A stretch of DNA of 64,000 nucleotides from assembly GCA_963804735.1 (NCBI GenBank), contig CAWDRO010000014.1, positions 110,252-174,251 of the forward strand, written 5' to 3'. Made by a program: the position numbers and the translations under genes. Positions 1-10,555 of this stretch are shown one piece after another (within the stretch, counting starts at the first letter, position 1; every line of letters starts with the position of its first letter). The notes under the pieces are model-generated. The model searched no databases. It was not told the origin of the DNA and saw nothing but the letters and a program-made list of their open reading frames with translations. This stretch comes from an uncultured Acidobacteriaceae bacterium. GTDB lineage: Bacteria; Acidobacteriota; Terriglobia; Terriglobales; Acidobacteriaceae.

Positions 1-2
1 TC

Positions 3-872
3 GGTAATGTGAAGTCCATCAGGATCGTCCCCGACCGCAAGCTGACGCCCGTCGAGATCACGATGAAGCTCAGCGAGAAATACGCCGACGCCCTTCATAC
101 CGACTCGAAAGCGAGCCTGGAGACCGTCGGCGTGCTCGGCGACACCGTGCTTGAGATCAGCAGCGCCAAGGCCACCGGTCCGCAACTCAAGAACGGCGAC
201 GAGTTGCAGACCACGGAGACGCCGAATCTGAGCGACGTCATCAAGTCAAGCCAGGGCACGATCGAACAGCTGAATACCATCCTGGCCAAGGTCGACAGCC
301 TCGTCGACTCGCTCAACAGCGGAAAAGGCTCCATTGGCAAGCTGATTCAGGATCCCGAGCTCTACGACCGCGCCAACAAGGCGGTCCAGCAGATCCAGAC
401 GCTCGTTGACGAGATGGCCAGCGGCAAAGGCTCGATGGGTAAATTGCTTACTGACGACACTCTCTATAACCGCGCCAATGAGACCGTCGGCCGCCTGCAG
501 CATATCGCCGACGACCTCGACAACGGCAAGGGCACCGCCGGCAAGCTGCTCAAAGATGAGACCCTCTACAACAATCTCAACAAGTCGGTCGCCAGCGCGC
601 GGCAGCTGCTGGACGACATCAACGCTGGAAAGGGCGGACTTGGGCTGATCGCCAAGGACCCGCAGTTCAAAGAGAAGTTGAACGACGTGGTCAACAAGCT
701 CGACTCCATTCTGACCCGCGCGGACAATGGCGAAGGCACGCTTGGAATGCTGGTCCGCAATCCCTCGGTTTATAACAACCTCGACCAGACGCTGACGGAA
801 ACCCGTGGCCTGATCGCCGCCATCCGCGAGAACCCGAAGAAGTATCTGACCTTCCACGTCAAGGTCTTCTAG
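3..872 (+). CDS. MlaD/MCE family protein, 5'-truncated by window edge
   Basis: Frame is open from base 3. End of MCE domain (ASLETVGVLGDTVLEI) is followed by repeated helical units GKG(S/T)xGKLxxDxxLY and the C-terminal IRENPKKYL typical of MlaD-like proteins. Confidence 0.8.
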   Translation, partial: GNVKSIRIVPDRKLTPVEITMKLSEKYADALHTDSKASLETVGVLGDTVLEISSAKATGPQLKNGDELQTTETPNLSDVIKSSQGTIEQLNTILAKVDSLVDSLNSGKGSIGKLIQDPELYDRANKAVQQIQTLVDEMASGKGSMGKLLTDDTLYNRANETVGRLQHIADDLDNGKGTAGKLLKDETLYNNLNKSVASARQLLDDINAGKGGLGLIAKDPQFKEKLNDVVNKLDSILTRADNGEGTLGMLVRNPSVYNNLDQTLTETRGLIAAIRENPKKYLTFHVKVF

Positions 873-1034
873 GACCTCTTGCCAAGCACAGTCTCCGGGT
901 GGAACCGGGAAGCCCCCTCGAATGCCGTCCTCTGCCGCTGTGTTACCTTTTCTTTGAGAACTCGGATGCCCGCCCGAGCAAGCTGAAGGCTGCTTCCGCG
1001 CCCGATCAGCCCCTCCACCCATTCACAGGAGCTT

Positions 1035-3140
1035 ATGCAACCCTTTCGTCTTGCCCCCGCCGTCGCCGCCCTGGCGCTGATCTTCACCGCTTCAGCCTTT
1101 GCCAAAGAGAATCCCGCACCACCGGCCGCCTCTTCCAAGGTGGCAGACACGCCGTCCGACGTGCCGAAGGAGCCTAAGGCGCTCGAAAGCTTCGACCTTT
1201 CCGCCATCGACAAGACCGTCAACCCGTGCACGGATTTCTACATGTACTCCTGCGGCAACTGGAAAAAGAACAACCCGATCCCAGCCGATCAAGCAATATG
1301 GGGCCGCTTCAACCAGCTTTCCGAACGTAATACCTACTTGCTCTATACCGAACTGGAAAAGGCCAGCAAACCAAGCCCGGACAGGACGGCACTGCAGCAG
1401 AAGTACGGCGACTTCTTTGCTGCGTGTATGAATACCGCCGCGGCCGACGAAAAGGGCGATAAGCCAATCTTGCCGGCATTGAACACGATCGACACTCTTC
1501 AGGACAAGCAACAACTGGTCGCGCTGGTCGCACAGCTGCAAAGCAAGGACGGCGTTCGCGTCTTTTTTCGGATCGGATCGGACCAGGACGCCAAGGACTC
1601 AACCAAGGAGATTGCCGAGATCGGGCAAGGAGGTCTCGGCCTGCCCGACCGCGATTATTATCTCGAAACCGATCCCCGCATGACCAAAATCCGCGAGCAA
1701 TATACCGCCTACCTGACCTCGCTCTTCAAGCTCATCGGTGATTCGGATGACAAGGCCGCCGCCGAAGCGAAAGGCGTTCTCGCCTTCGAGACCGAGCTGG
1801 CGAAGGGTTCAGTGCCCCGTGTTGACCTGCGTGACCCACAGAAGACCTATCATCCAATGCCAATCTCCGGCCTGAAGACTCTGGCGCCGGACTTCGCCTG
1901 GGACAGCTATTTTCCCGGCATCGATGAGGCCAAACTTGCCAGCCTCAACGTCACCACTCCCGACTACTTCAGGGCGATGAGTGACGCGGTTTCTTCCACG
2001 AGCCTCGAAACCATCAAGAGCTATCTCCGCTTCCACATCGCGAACACTGCCGCGCCATGGCTATCGACTCCGTTCTTCAACGCCAACTTCACCTTCTTCG
2101 GCAAGCAACTTCAGGGTCAGGACAGCCCGACTCCCCGATGGAAGCGCTGCACTCGGCTCACCGACCGCGCCCTCGGCGAAGCGGTGGGGCAAGACTGGGT
2201 CAAGCAGTATTTTCCGCCCGACGACAAGGCCAGCATGGAAAAGCTCGTGGCCGCGCTGGAGAAGGCGCTTGGCGAAGACATCCAGTCGCTTCCCTGGATG
2301 AGTGAAGCCACCAAGAAGCAGGCAGAAATCAAACTTAGCGAATTTCGCCAGAAGATCGGCTATCCAGACAAGTGGCGCGACTACTCCAGCCTCAAAGTCG
2401 AACGCGACGACTTAATCGGCAACCTGAACCGCGATGCCGCCTTCGATTTCAATTACGACATGAACAAGATCGGCAAACCGGTCGACGAGAAGGAGTGGGG
2501 CATGACGCCTCCGACGGTCAACGCCTACTACAACCCTTCGATGAACGATATCAACTTCCCGGCTGGCATTCTGCAACCGCCCTTCTTTGACCCCAATAAA
2601 GATCCGGCGGTCAACTTTGGAGCTATCGGCGTAGTGATCGGCCACGAGATGACTCATGGTTTCGACGATGAGGGCAGCCAGTACGACGGGAAGGGCAATT
2701 TGCGCGAATGGTACACTCCCGACGACCGCAAGCAGTTCACCGAGAAGACCGATTGCGAAGTCAAGGAATACGGCGGCTTCGAGTCGGTGCCCGGAGCGAA
2801 GCTGAACGGTAAGCTCACTCTCGGCGAGAACACCGCCGACAACGGCGGTCTGCGCATCGCCTACCAGGCCCTGATGAGCGTGCTCGCATCGGAGGGACCA
2901 TCGGGCAGTCAGAAGATTGACGGCTACACGCCGGAGCAGCGCTACTTTATTTCCTTCGCTCAGGTATGGTGCCAGAACTCGACCGACCAGATCGCCCGCG
3001 TTCGAGTCAAGACCGATCCCCACTCGCCCGGCCAGTGGCGCGTCAACGGCACGGTACAGAATTTCGATGAATTCGGAAAGGCCTTCGGCTGCAAGAAAGG
3101 TCAGCCCATGATGCCGGATAACGCTTGCCGCGTCTGGTAG
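1035..3140 (+). CDS. M13 (neprilysin/PepO-like) zinc metallopeptidase, secreted
   Basis: Signal peptide; PCTDFYMYSCG, VNAYY, HEMTH (HExxH) and GENTADNGG motifs. Confidence 0.95.
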   Translation: MQPFRLAPAVAALALIFTASAFAKENPAPPAASSKVADTPSDVPKEPKALESFDLSAIDKTVNPCTDFYMYSCGNWKKNNPIPADQAIWGRFNQLSERNTYLLYTELEKASKPSPDRTALQQKYGDFFAACMNTAAADEKGDKPILPALNTIDTLQDKQQLVALVAQLQSKDGVRVFFRIGSDQDAKDSTKEIAEIGQGGLGLPDRDYYLETDPRMTKIREQYTAYLTSLFKLIGDSDDKAAAEAKGVLAFETELAKGSVPRVDLRDPQKTYHPMPISGLKTLAPDFAWDSYFPGIDEAKLASLNVTTPDYFRAMSDAVSSTSLETIKSYLRFHIANTAAPWLSTPFFNANFTFFGKQLQGQDSPTPRWKRCTRLTDRALGEAVGQDWVKQYFPPDDKASMEKLVAALEKALGEDIQSLPWMSEATKKQAEIKLSEFRQKIGYPDKWRDYSSLKVERDDLIGNLNRDAAFDFNYDMNKIGKPVDEKEWGMTPPTVNAYYNPSMNDINFPAGILQPPFFDPNKDPAVNFGAIGVVIGHEMTHGFDDEGSQYDGKGNLREWYTPDDRKQFTEKTDCEVKEYGGFESVPGAKLNGKLTLGENTADNGGLRIAYQALMSVLASEGPSGSQKIDGYTPEQRYFISFAQVWCQNSTDQIARVRVKTDPHSPGQWRVNGTVQNFDEFGKAFGCKKGQPMMPDNACRVW

Positions 3141-3247
3141 TCCAATAGAGCAGAAAACGCCAGCTTCGGGCACACCGAATATTGAGGTTCCAGGACTCGA
3201 CTTTCTGGCCTGGGCCTCTTGGTATTCGGCACGAATCGCATGTCAGC

Positions 3248-3276
3248 TAGCAGAAAGCCGCTCTACCTTTTACAAT
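3248..3276 (+). promoter_or_regulatory. Putative sigma70-type promoter TAGCAG-N17-TACAAT (copy 1 of 3)
   Basis: Same hexamer pair with an exact 17-nt spacer occurs upstream of all three beta-propeller genes. Confidence 0.6.
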
Positions 3277-3369
3277 TCGATGTGGGAGCAATCTCAAAAC
3301 ATCTCGAAACAGTCCGCTGCAGAGCAGCCTCCGCGTCAGAATTCGATTGGCCGGGGACGAAGGAAGCGC

Positions 3370-4722
3370 ATGAAGTTCAGGAACGTCGGCCGGGTTCTCC
3401 TGGCCTTAGTTGTGTCTGTCGGTCTAGGTTTTGCGGTAACTTCGTGCACCAACAGCTACACCGTTGGTTATATGTACGTCATCGGCTCGCAGTACAACCA
3501 GATCTCCGGTTTTAATATCAACAACCAGACCGGCAAACTCACCCCGGTTCAGAAGTCCCCATTTGGAGCCAACGGCACCAACCCGGTGCGGGTCCTGGTG
3601 CTCAGCGGCGGGCGTTTCGTCTATGTCCTCAATCAGGGGACATTCACCTACAACCCCGACGGCACGACGTCGGGGACCGCGAGCAACGTCAGCCTCTTTG
3701 AGGTTGGCGGCGACGGCGTCCTGACTTTTCAAGCCAGCTATACGTCGCAGGGCAATCAGTCTATTTCGATGCTGGCCGACTCCAGCGGCGCACACCTGTA
3801 CATTCTGGATGAGTATGCGACCGCAGAAGGAACGGCGATTCCGTCGACGGCCGGACCGTCGGCCGTCACGCCCTGCCAGAGTTCCACCGACGACAGATAC
3901 TATCCCACGGGTGACGTGAGCGCCTACAACATCGACCCCAATACCGGACGGCTCTCGCTGATCACCAATGCACAGGTGGCCAATCTCGACGGGACCCAGC
4001 TCACGTATTTCCCCCTCGGCTGTTTTCCGGTTGAGTTCAAACTGGTGGGCGGGTATATCTTCACCGCACAGACCGGCAGCACGAGCAACAACGATGTGCA
4101 GACCGTCTTTTCCTACGCGCAGAGCGCCTCGAACGGCCAGCTGACGCTGACCCAGAACGCTCCGCTCCAGACCGGCGCGACGAAGATGACCAGCATCAAC
4201 AGCGACCCGGCCGGACGATATGTCTACCTGCTCGACGCCGGGCCCACCGCATCCTCAAATGGTTGCACTGGAGGACAGACCGCCATTCTTCCGTACACCA
4301 TCGGCAGCGGCGGCATCCTGCAATCGCTGGTTGGCGGCACGGTTTGCAACGACCCCACCGCGGTTGGGCCGACCGTGCTGCTGGTTGACAGCAAGAGCAA
4401 GTTCCTCTATGTCGCAAACAGCGGGAACACCAACGTCAACCAACCGGGCAGCGAGATCAGCGCCTTCACCATCGACCCAACCAGCGGCAAACTCGCATTT
4501 ATCGCCGGCGAACCGTTCGGCACTGGATCGGGTCCCCGGTGCATGTTGGAAGACCCTTCGAACCAGTTCGTTTACACCGCAAACTTCAACGACAGTACGG
4601 TCACCGGTAAGATCATCGACGTCAACGCCGGCGTCCTTAACCCGCTGCGCAACAGCCCCAGTAGCGGCTTTGTGGCTGCGGGGAATCCCACCTGGTGCGC
4701 CGTCAGCGGCCGTACCCAGTAG
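3370..4722 (+). CDS. Lactonase-family (6-phosphogluconolactonase-like) beta-propeller lipoprotein, paralog 1
   Basis: ATG 3370 after AAGGAAG; lipobox AVTSC; repeated propeller blades (P..GR(F/Y)VYV.N, FLYVAN, ISAF.ID). Confidence 0.8.
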   Translation: MKFRNVGRVLLALVVSVGLGFAVTSCTNSYTVGYMYVIGSQYNQISGFNINNQTGKLTPVQKSPFGANGTNPVRVLVLSGGRFVYVLNQGTFTYNPDGTTSGTASNVSLFEVGGDGVLTFQASYTSQGNQSISMLADSSGAHLYILDEYATAEGTAIPSTAGPSAVTPCQSSTDDRYYPTGDVSAYNIDPNTGRLSLITNAQVANLDGTQLTYFPLGCFPVEFKLVGGYIFTAQTGSTSNNDVQTVFSYAQSASNGQLTLTQNAPLQTGATKMTSINSDPAGRYVYLLDAGPTASSNGCTGGQTAILPYTIGSGGILQSLVGGTVCNDPTAVGPTVLLVDSKSKFLYVANSGNTNVNQPGSEISAFTIDPTSGKLAFIAGEPFGTGSGPRCMLEDPSNQFVYTANFNDSTVTGKIIDVNAGVLNPLRNSPSSGFVAAGNPTWCAVSGRTQ

Positions 4723-4738
4723 GAAGCGAACCAACTCT

Positions 4739-4768
4739 GGCCCATGGCCGCAAGTGAGGCCATGGGCC
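4739..4768 (+). terminator. Stem-loop after paralog 1 (GGCCCATGGCC-N8-GGCCATGGGCC)
   Basis: Perfect 11-bp stem 17 nt after the stop codon. No U-tract, so it may be a stabilising hairpin rather than a terminator. Confidence 0.4.
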
Positions 4769-4844
4769 CTGTTAAGAAGTGCCGACTTGCTTTGCCGCTG
4801 TTCTCTCGACCACGCGTAGACGATTGCGAATGCGTTGTCTCCGC

Positions 4845-4873
4845 TAGCCGAAAGCTCTTGTAGCTTTTACGAT
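4845..4873 (+). promoter_or_regulatory. Putative promoter TAGCCG-N17-TACGAT (copy 2)
   Basis: Aligned with copies 1 and 3. Confidence 0.6.
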
Positions 4874-4953
4874 TCAACCTGGGAGCGATCCCGCAGTAGT
4901 TCTGCCCAATGGCATCCCCGCTCCAATAGTTCGGACCGGGACGAAGGAAGCGC

Positions 4954-6225
4954 ATGAAGTTCAGTAAATTCGGGCGGGTCTCGCTGGCCGCGGTCTTGTC
5001 CCTGGGTGTGGCCGCAGCCTTCACCGCTTGCGGACCGGTTGGCTACAGCAACACGATCGATTACGTCTACGTCACCAACTCCAAGAACAATCCCGGACAG
5101 ATCAATGTCTATGACGTGCACGGGAATTCCGGCCAGCTTACCCAGATCCTCGATTCTCCGTACCCGACTGGGGGCAGAAATCCCGTCGGGCTGGTCGCCT
5201 CGCCGAACTTCAAGTATCTCTACGTGATCAACCACGACGAGAACACCATTGTCGAGTTCGGAATCGGCACCGATGCGAAGCTGTATCCGCAGCATACTTA
5301 CAACACTCCAGGCACCTTCCCAAATGGAATTTCGATTAATAGCGCCGGCACTTTGCTCTTTGTGACCGACACGTATCAGTCGCAGTACACGGCGGCCAAT
5401 CCAGGGCCGGGCGCGCTGGTCGTCTATCCAATCAATGCGGATGGCAGCCTGGCCGCGCCGGTGGCGAATGGAAACCTGTCGTACTACCCGCTGAGCCTCG
5501 GCGAGACGAATGTCCTAAATCCGACCGCTATCAATGTCCTCACCCTGGTCCCGGTGAATTCGACCACCGGGGGTGGCACTTTTGTCTATGTTGTCAGCCA
5601 GAACAGCACCACCGGTCTCGGCGAAACTTCGGCCTTCAGTGTTGCTTCGAGCGGAGCACTCACTCCGCTGCTTTGCTCTCCGTCGACCTCCGTCTGCGAT
5701 TCGAGTGGTAACGGCAACTTCAGCGCCGGCGTTGCGCCCAGTGCGATCACCAGCACACCTCTTGGTCGATATGTCTACGTGACCGACAGCGAGCGTAATC
5801 AGCTGCTCAGCTATACCGTTCAAGCCAGCGGTCAGATCGTTCCCACGCCGACCAGCCCAACCAACACCGACGTCTTCCCCGATTGGGTGACTGTCGATCC
5901 GCGCGGCGAATATGTGTACGTGGCCAACTACACGGCCAACAACATCAGCGCCTATAGCATCAACCCCTCCACTAACTCAGGCGTGACCTTTATCGGATCC
6001 TACGGCACCGGCTCGGGGCCCACCTGCGTCTTCGTCGAGCCGGCATTAGGTACTTATGTCTACACCACGAATTTCCTCGACAACACCGTCTCCGGACTAA
6101 ACCTCGATCTGAATACGGGAACGCTCGCGCCGGTGCAGAACACCCCGTTCCTCGCCGCCGGCCAGCCCACGTGTGTCGCCGCAACCGTCCATGGAAAGCG
6201 CCCGCCGATCACTTCCGCTAACTAG
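4954..6225 (+). CDS. Lactonase-family beta-propeller lipoprotein, paralog 2
   Basis: Lipobox AFTAC; blades SPNFKYLYV, TPLGRYVYV, DPRGEYVYVAN. Confidence 0.8.
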   Translation: MKFSKFGRVSLAAVLSLGVAAAFTACGPVGYSNTIDYVYVTNSKNNPGQINVYDVHGNSGQLTQILDSPYPTGGRNPVGLVASPNFKYLYVINHDENTIVEFGIGTDAKLYPQHTYNTPGTFPNGISINSAGTLLFVTDTYQSQYTAANPGPGALVVYPINADGSLAAPVANGNLSYYPLSLGETNVLNPTAINVLTLVPVNSTTGGGTFVYVVSQNSTTGLGETSAFSVASSGALTPLLCSPSTSVCDSSGNGNFSAGVAPSAITSTPLGRYVYVTDSERNQLLSYTVQASGQIVPTPTSPTNTDVFPDWVTVDPRGEYVYVANYTANNISAYSINPSTNSGVTFIGSYGTGSGPTCVFVEPALGTYVYTTNFLDNTVSGLNLDLNTGTLAPVQNTPFLAAGQPTCVAATVHGKRPPITSAN

Positions 6226-6305
6226 AGAAAGAAGGCAGGTGTAACGTTGGACCATATCTCCCATCGAACGCATCCGAAACCATCGTGGAATGGCTCTGTG
6301 TTCAC

Positions 6306-6334
6306 TAGCCGAAAGCTCCTGAAGCTTTTACAAT
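6306..6334 (+). promoter_or_regulatory. Putative promoter TAGCCG-N17-TACAAT (copy 3)
   Basis: Aligned with copies 1 and 2. Confidence 0.6.
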
Positions 6335-6417
6335 CAACCTGGGAGCGATCCCGAAATAGTTCGGTTGCCACGGCAGCACCTGATCCAGTTGTTGAAGGAC
6401 CGGGACGAAGGAAGCGC

Positions 6418-7713
6418 ATGAAGTTGAGTAAATTCGGGCGGGCCACGCTGGCCGCGGTTTCGTCCCTGGGTGTGGCCGCGGCATTCACCGCTTGCGGACC
6501 TAATGGCTATAACGAGACGGTCGATTACGTCTACGTCACCAACGCGAAAAACAATCCCGGGCAGATCAACGCCTACTACACGGATGGGCGCTCGGGAGCG
6601 CTCACCCAGATAACGGGTTCTCCCTTTTCCTCCGGTGGCACGGATCCGGTCGGTCTGGTGACCTCGCCCAATTTCAAGTTTCTATATGTGGTCAATAAAG
6701 GACAAGGAGGGTCCGCGAGCTCGGCCATTGTGGAATTCAGCGTCGGCGCCAATGCCGCTCTCAGTCTTGTGCACAGTTACGCGCCTACGGATTCGTTGAC
6801 CGAGCCCAACGCCGTAGCTATCAATTCAGCTGGCACGTTGCTCTTCGTTACTTATAACTATCAGCCCGGATTCACTGCCGCCCATCCGGGACCGGGGGCG
6901 GTGGTCGTCTATCCCATCAATTCCGACGGCAGCCTGGGAACGCCGGTGGCCAACGGGAGTCTGTCGTACTATCCGTTGAGCACCGGAACCGATGTCCTGA
7001 ATCCGACCGCAGTCAACGCGGTCACCCAGAACCCGGTCAACGCGACCGCCACCGGGCCGTCCTTCGTTTACGTCGTCGATCAGAACAGCACCACCGGCCT
7101 GGGCAGCATTTCGGCCTTCAGCGTTGGTTCGGGAGGAGCTCTCACCTTCGTGCCCTGCTCCTCGTCGGCTTCTATTTGCGATTCGACCGGCAACGGAACC
7201 TTCAACGCCGGCACAGCGCCTAATTCCGTCGCGAGCACTCCACGCGGACTTTTCCTCTATGTCACCGACAGCGTCAACAATCAATTGATCAGCTATTTGG
7301 TTCAGTCCAGCGGTCAGGTCATTCCGAACACGGATGGTCCCACCCGTACCGACGTATTCCCCGATTCGGTGACCGTCGATCCGCGGGGTAAGTATGTGTA
7401 TGTGGCCAACTACACCGCCAATGACGTCAGCGCCTACACCATCAACACCGCGACTGGATATCCTACGGGCGTCGCCGCTGCAGGAACCTATGCCACCGGC
7501 ACTGGCCCAACCTGTGTCTTCGTCGAGCCGGCGTTAGGTGTTTATGTCTACACGACCAACTTCCTCGACAACACCGTCTCCGGCCTGGATCTCAACCCGA
7601 ATACCGGGACGCTGACGCCAGTCCAAAATACGCCATTCGTGGCCGCTGGACAGCCCACGTGTGTAGCCGCGACTCCAAATGGAAACCACCCTATCAGCGC
7701 GCCGCTTACCTAG
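6418..7713 (+). CDS. Lactonase-family beta-propeller lipoprotein, paralog 3
   Basis: ATG 6418 after the same GACGAAGGAAGCGC leader; lipobox AFTAC; closely similar to paralog 2. Confidence 0.8.
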   Translation: MKLSKFGRATLAAVSSLGVAAAFTACGPNGYNETVDYVYVTNAKNNPGQINAYYTDGRSGALTQITGSPFSSGGTDPVGLVTSPNFKFLYVVNKGQGGSASSAIVEFSVGANAALSLVHSYAPTDSLTEPNAVAINSAGTLLFVTYNYQPGFTAAHPGPGAVVVYPINSDGSLGTPVANGSLSYYPLSTGTDVLNPTAVNAVTQNPVNATATGPSFVYVVDQNSTTGLGSISAFSVGSGGALTFVPCSSSASICDSTGNGTFNAGTAPNSVASTPRGLFLYVTDSVNNQLISYLVQSSGQVIPNTDGPTRTDVFPDSVTVDPRGKYVYVANYTANDVSAYTINTATGYPTGVAAAGTYATGTGPTCVFVEPALGVYVYTTNFLDNTVSGLDLNPNTGTLTPVQNTPFVAAGQPTCVAATPNGNHPISAPLT

Positions 7714-7735
7714 ACTTCAGCTGAACGGATGAACG

Positions 7736-7765
7736 ACAAAGCCCCCGCAATTGCGGGGGCTTTGT
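7736..7765. terminator. Bidirectional intrinsic terminator
   Basis: Perfect 30-bp palindrome ACAAAGCCCCCGCAATTGCGGGGGCTTTGT between convergent genes, with a T-run on both strands. Confidence 0.85.
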
Positions 7766-7834
7766 TCAGATTCGACAATTGGCCGGATCGTCTGCCTCGA
7801 CGTTCCTGATAACCTGGGCCGCCCTCTCATTGGC

Positions 7835-10495
7835 CTATTTCTTGCTCTCTGGCTTGTGCGCAAAGTAGCCGCGGCGTGCCTGTAGTTGCAATCCCTCCCG
7901 ATCTACTTTCACTTTCAAGCGATGATAAGAGCCATCCAGTTTCACGTCATCGAGCGAGAGCTCAAGCACGTAAACACACTCAGGCGCCTCGGTAAGGCCC
8001 TTGAGTCCCGCTGTCAGATCGTTGTTGTTGTGAAAGAAAGTTCCGCCTGTTCCGTCGGCGAGTTCTCCCATCGCCTCCTCCTCGATGCTCTTGGAGTTTC
8101 GACGGTACTCCTCGATCTTTCCTGGATTCCTTCCTCGCGTGTCGTCGCTGGCGGTCATGGAGGCGGCGTATAACCCGCGCGCATCAATTGCGTTGATGGT
8201 CACATTGGACTGCTCTGCGAGATCCAGCAACTGCGACTCCGCGTATCGCGCCTCCCCTTCGATCGAAAGGAAGCCATCGGAAACCAAGAGAAGTGAGCGC
8301 GGTCCTGGCAGCGTGGCCATCCTCCGCACGATCTCTCTGAGGGTTGCGTAGGTGACCAAAATATCCTGTTTGCCGAGAGCCAATGCGCGCATCGCAGCCG
8401 AATCGGCGAGTCTCTCGGCTACACTTTCAGGGGTTCGAGGGTTGCAAACATTCATGATTTGGCTCACGACATCCTGGAGCGCTTCGTTGTCATGCTTGTT
8501 TTCGATCAGATCCGCCTGGTAGTAGTCAATCTTTGGACAGTCGTCGTTGTCGGTTCGGTAGATACCTTGCGGCCGTACGCTTGCGATCGCATCCTGCAGC
8601 TTCGCGCGGTCGCGCGTCAGGCCGCTGTTGATCTTTCCGGAGGTCGAGACCACGGCTGCCATACCCGAGTCGGCCAATGCCTCGTCCAGAGCCGCGCCGC
8701 TGGCTTTCTCGATTTGCGCCAGCTCCTCGAAGTTCAGGTGCATGTCATCGAAAAGGAGCACGACGATACGCTTTGGCAGGATCGATGATGGTGGTGCGGA
8801 AGTCGCGGCAGCTGGCGACTGCGCTCCGCCTGTCGCGTTGCTTCCCGTACTATCTCCCGTCGCCCCTCGCTTTTCCACCGTCAATCCAAGAATCGTATGC
8901 GGCTTGTCATTGTCAAGAACCTGAAAGTCTTCCTTCTTGAGGTCGGTGACTGCGCGCCCTTGCTTGTCCCGGACCACGACCGGCACCAACACTCTGTTGA
9001 CGTTTACGACAATCCTGGAGGGCGCCTGCTGTATCTCCGTCGCTTGTTGTGGAGTAGATTGCACTGGAAGAGGAGCAGCGGGCTGCACAACAGGAGGGAG
9101 ACCCGCAACGGTTTCGTTGAGATCACCCGGAGTCGCCTCTTTTTCCTTGAGATCAGAAGTCCCGACGCCGGCAGGCGCCTGCCGCGTTTCCGTCGCTTGT
9201 TGTGGCGCAGATTGCGCCCCAGGAGTTGCAGGGGGCTGCACCACGGGAGAGCGACCCGCAATCGTTCCGTTAAGATCGGCCGGAATCGCCTCTTTTGCGT
9301 TCGGCTCCGAAGTCCCGCCCAAAGGATTCTTAGACTTCGGGGCCGCCTTCTCAGTGAGAATCTGCGTCGTCGAGCCGAAGCGACGATAGCTGGTGAATAC
9401 GGTCTCGTTCAGCCATCGGGTCGGCGTATCTGCATAGATGCTTTGTGGGTTGAAGACCGCAACGGTGAGGGCCACGCTTCGCAATGGGCAGACAAAGCTT
9501 TCGCCGCCGATCTGGACCGGACCGTACTGCACCAGAATGGCGGCCCGCCGGAACGGGCTGCCGTCCGTCGAGTCGGATTCGATTGTGATGCGGAGGACGG
9601 TCCCAGAATCCGGATTGATCCACAGTGCGCCGTGATAGCCCGGTCTGGCGCGGATGATTTCGGAAGGGCCTGCGTTCGGACTTACCACATTGGCCGACAC
9701 GCCCGTTCCGCCCCCTCTCGGAGTGTCGATGACGTTGGGGGCAGCCTCTCGTTGAAGAGTGCCGATCACCTCATAATGCGAGGCGGATTTGGGCACCGAA
9801 TAACGGAAGACAGCCGCCTTGCCTTTCGAGGTCTCCTCCCAGTGTTCCCAGGTCACCTTGCCTTTGAACGTGTCGGCCATGATCATGCCCAAGGTCGACC
9901 CGAACTCGCCGCCGGAAATCATTCCCATCTGCGCCTGCCAGAAGGCGGAACCCGTGTTGGGAGATCCGTTGTCTCGCTCTTCAAGGACGGAGGTCTCCCG
10001 GCTCGCTGTGCCCACCAGGTGCAGTCCCCCGCGAACCGCCCAGCCCCCGTTCTTGAGCGCTTCGGGGCTGTCGTCGTAACGGTTGGTGGTCCGTTTGGCT
10101 AGAAGGTTGGGGAGGCGCGCCACCGTTTGCTTCACATAGCTTCGCGCCGCATCGATCACCCGCTGCTGGGTGGCGGCGTCGGGAACCGAATCCGCCGGCA
10201 TCTCGCTGACAGGTGGATCCAGAAACGCCGACTCATCGGCGAGCAATCGCAGAGCTAACGCCGTTTGAGGATCTGCAGCCTGCCCCGCCGTGAGCCGGGC
10301 CAGAGTAGCCTCAGTCAGCCGTTCAGAGAGTTCCATGCCGCCGATTTGACGCGCAATCTCCACGTCCGACTCGTGCGCGGAGCTATCTGCGGCCAAGGTC
10401 TGCTCAAGTTGCGAAACGGTGGTGCGCTTTGCTCCCGCGGCGTAGAGCGGTATCAGTGACAACAGCGCCAGAGAAATCAGCCGTCGCATCGTCAC
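7835..10495 (-). CDS. Acidobacterial VWFA-domain protein fused to an N-terminal exported domain through a Pro/Ala/Gln-rich linker
   Basis: C-terminal part has V.V.V.D..G..V..L...DF.V.D, LLFDD, LLLVSDG and LA..TGG motifs typical of the VWFA-related acidobacterial family; N-terminal signal peptide. Confidence 0.8.
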   Translation of the reverse strand: MTMRRLISLALLSLIPLYAAGAKRTTVSQLEQTLAADSSAHESDVEIARQIGGMELSERLTEATLARLTAGQAADPQTALALRLLADESAFLDPPVSEMPADSVPDAATQQRVIDAARSYVKQTVARLPNLLAKRTTNRYDDSPEALKNGGWAVRGGLHLVGTASRETSVLEERDNGSPNTGSAFWQAQMGMISGGEFGSTLGMIMADTFKGKVTWEHWEETSKGKAAVFRYSVPKSASHYEVIGTLQREAAPNVIDTPRGGGTGVSANVVSPNAGPSEIIRARPGYHGALWINPDSGTVLRITIESDSTDGSPFRRAAILVQYGPVQIGGESFVCPLRSVALTVAVFNPQSIYADTPTRWLNETVFTSYRRFGSTTQILTEKAAPKSKNPLGGTSEPNAKEAIPADLNGTIAGRSPVVQPPATPGAQSAPQQATETRQAPAGVGTSDLKEKEATPGDLNETVAGLPPVVQPAAPLPVQSTPQQATEIQQAPSRIVVNVNRVLVPVVVRDKQGRAVTDLKKEDFQVLDNDKPHTILGLTVEKRGATGDSTGSNATGGAQSPAAATSAPPSSILPKRIVVLLFDDMHLNFEELAQIEKASGAALDEALADSGMAAVVSTSGKINSGLTRDRAKLQDAIASVRPQGIYRTDNDDCPKIDYYQADLIENKHDNEALQDVVSQIMNVCNPRTPESVAERLADSAAMRALALGKQDILVTYATLREIVRRMATLPGPRSLLLVSDGFLSIEGEARYAESQLLDLAEQSNVTINAIDARGLYAASMTASDDTRGRNPGKIEEYRRNSKSIEEEAMGELADGTGGTFFHNNNDLTAGLKGLTEAPECVYVLELSLDDVKLDGSYHRLKVKVDREGLQLQARRGYFAHKPESKK
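9021..9296 (-). repeat. Internal tandem duplication (period 153 nt / 51 aa) in the VWFA protein linker
   Basis: [40 protein letters not shown] versus [40 protein letters not shown]; GGCGCCT occurs at 9021 and 9174. Confidence 0.85.
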
Positions 10496-10555
10496 GTCTC
10501 CGTCTTGAATCCGGCTGGGCTTGCGAGGGTTCCCGTTGGCTCGATGCTGCAGGCG

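Noticed and set aside
3246-6420. Known riboswitch (e.g. c-di-GMP-I, suggested by the GAAA) in the propeller leaders
   Set aside because: The GAAA falls inside the predicted -35/-10 spacer, and I could not match the other conserved elements of a known class; an Rfam search is needed.
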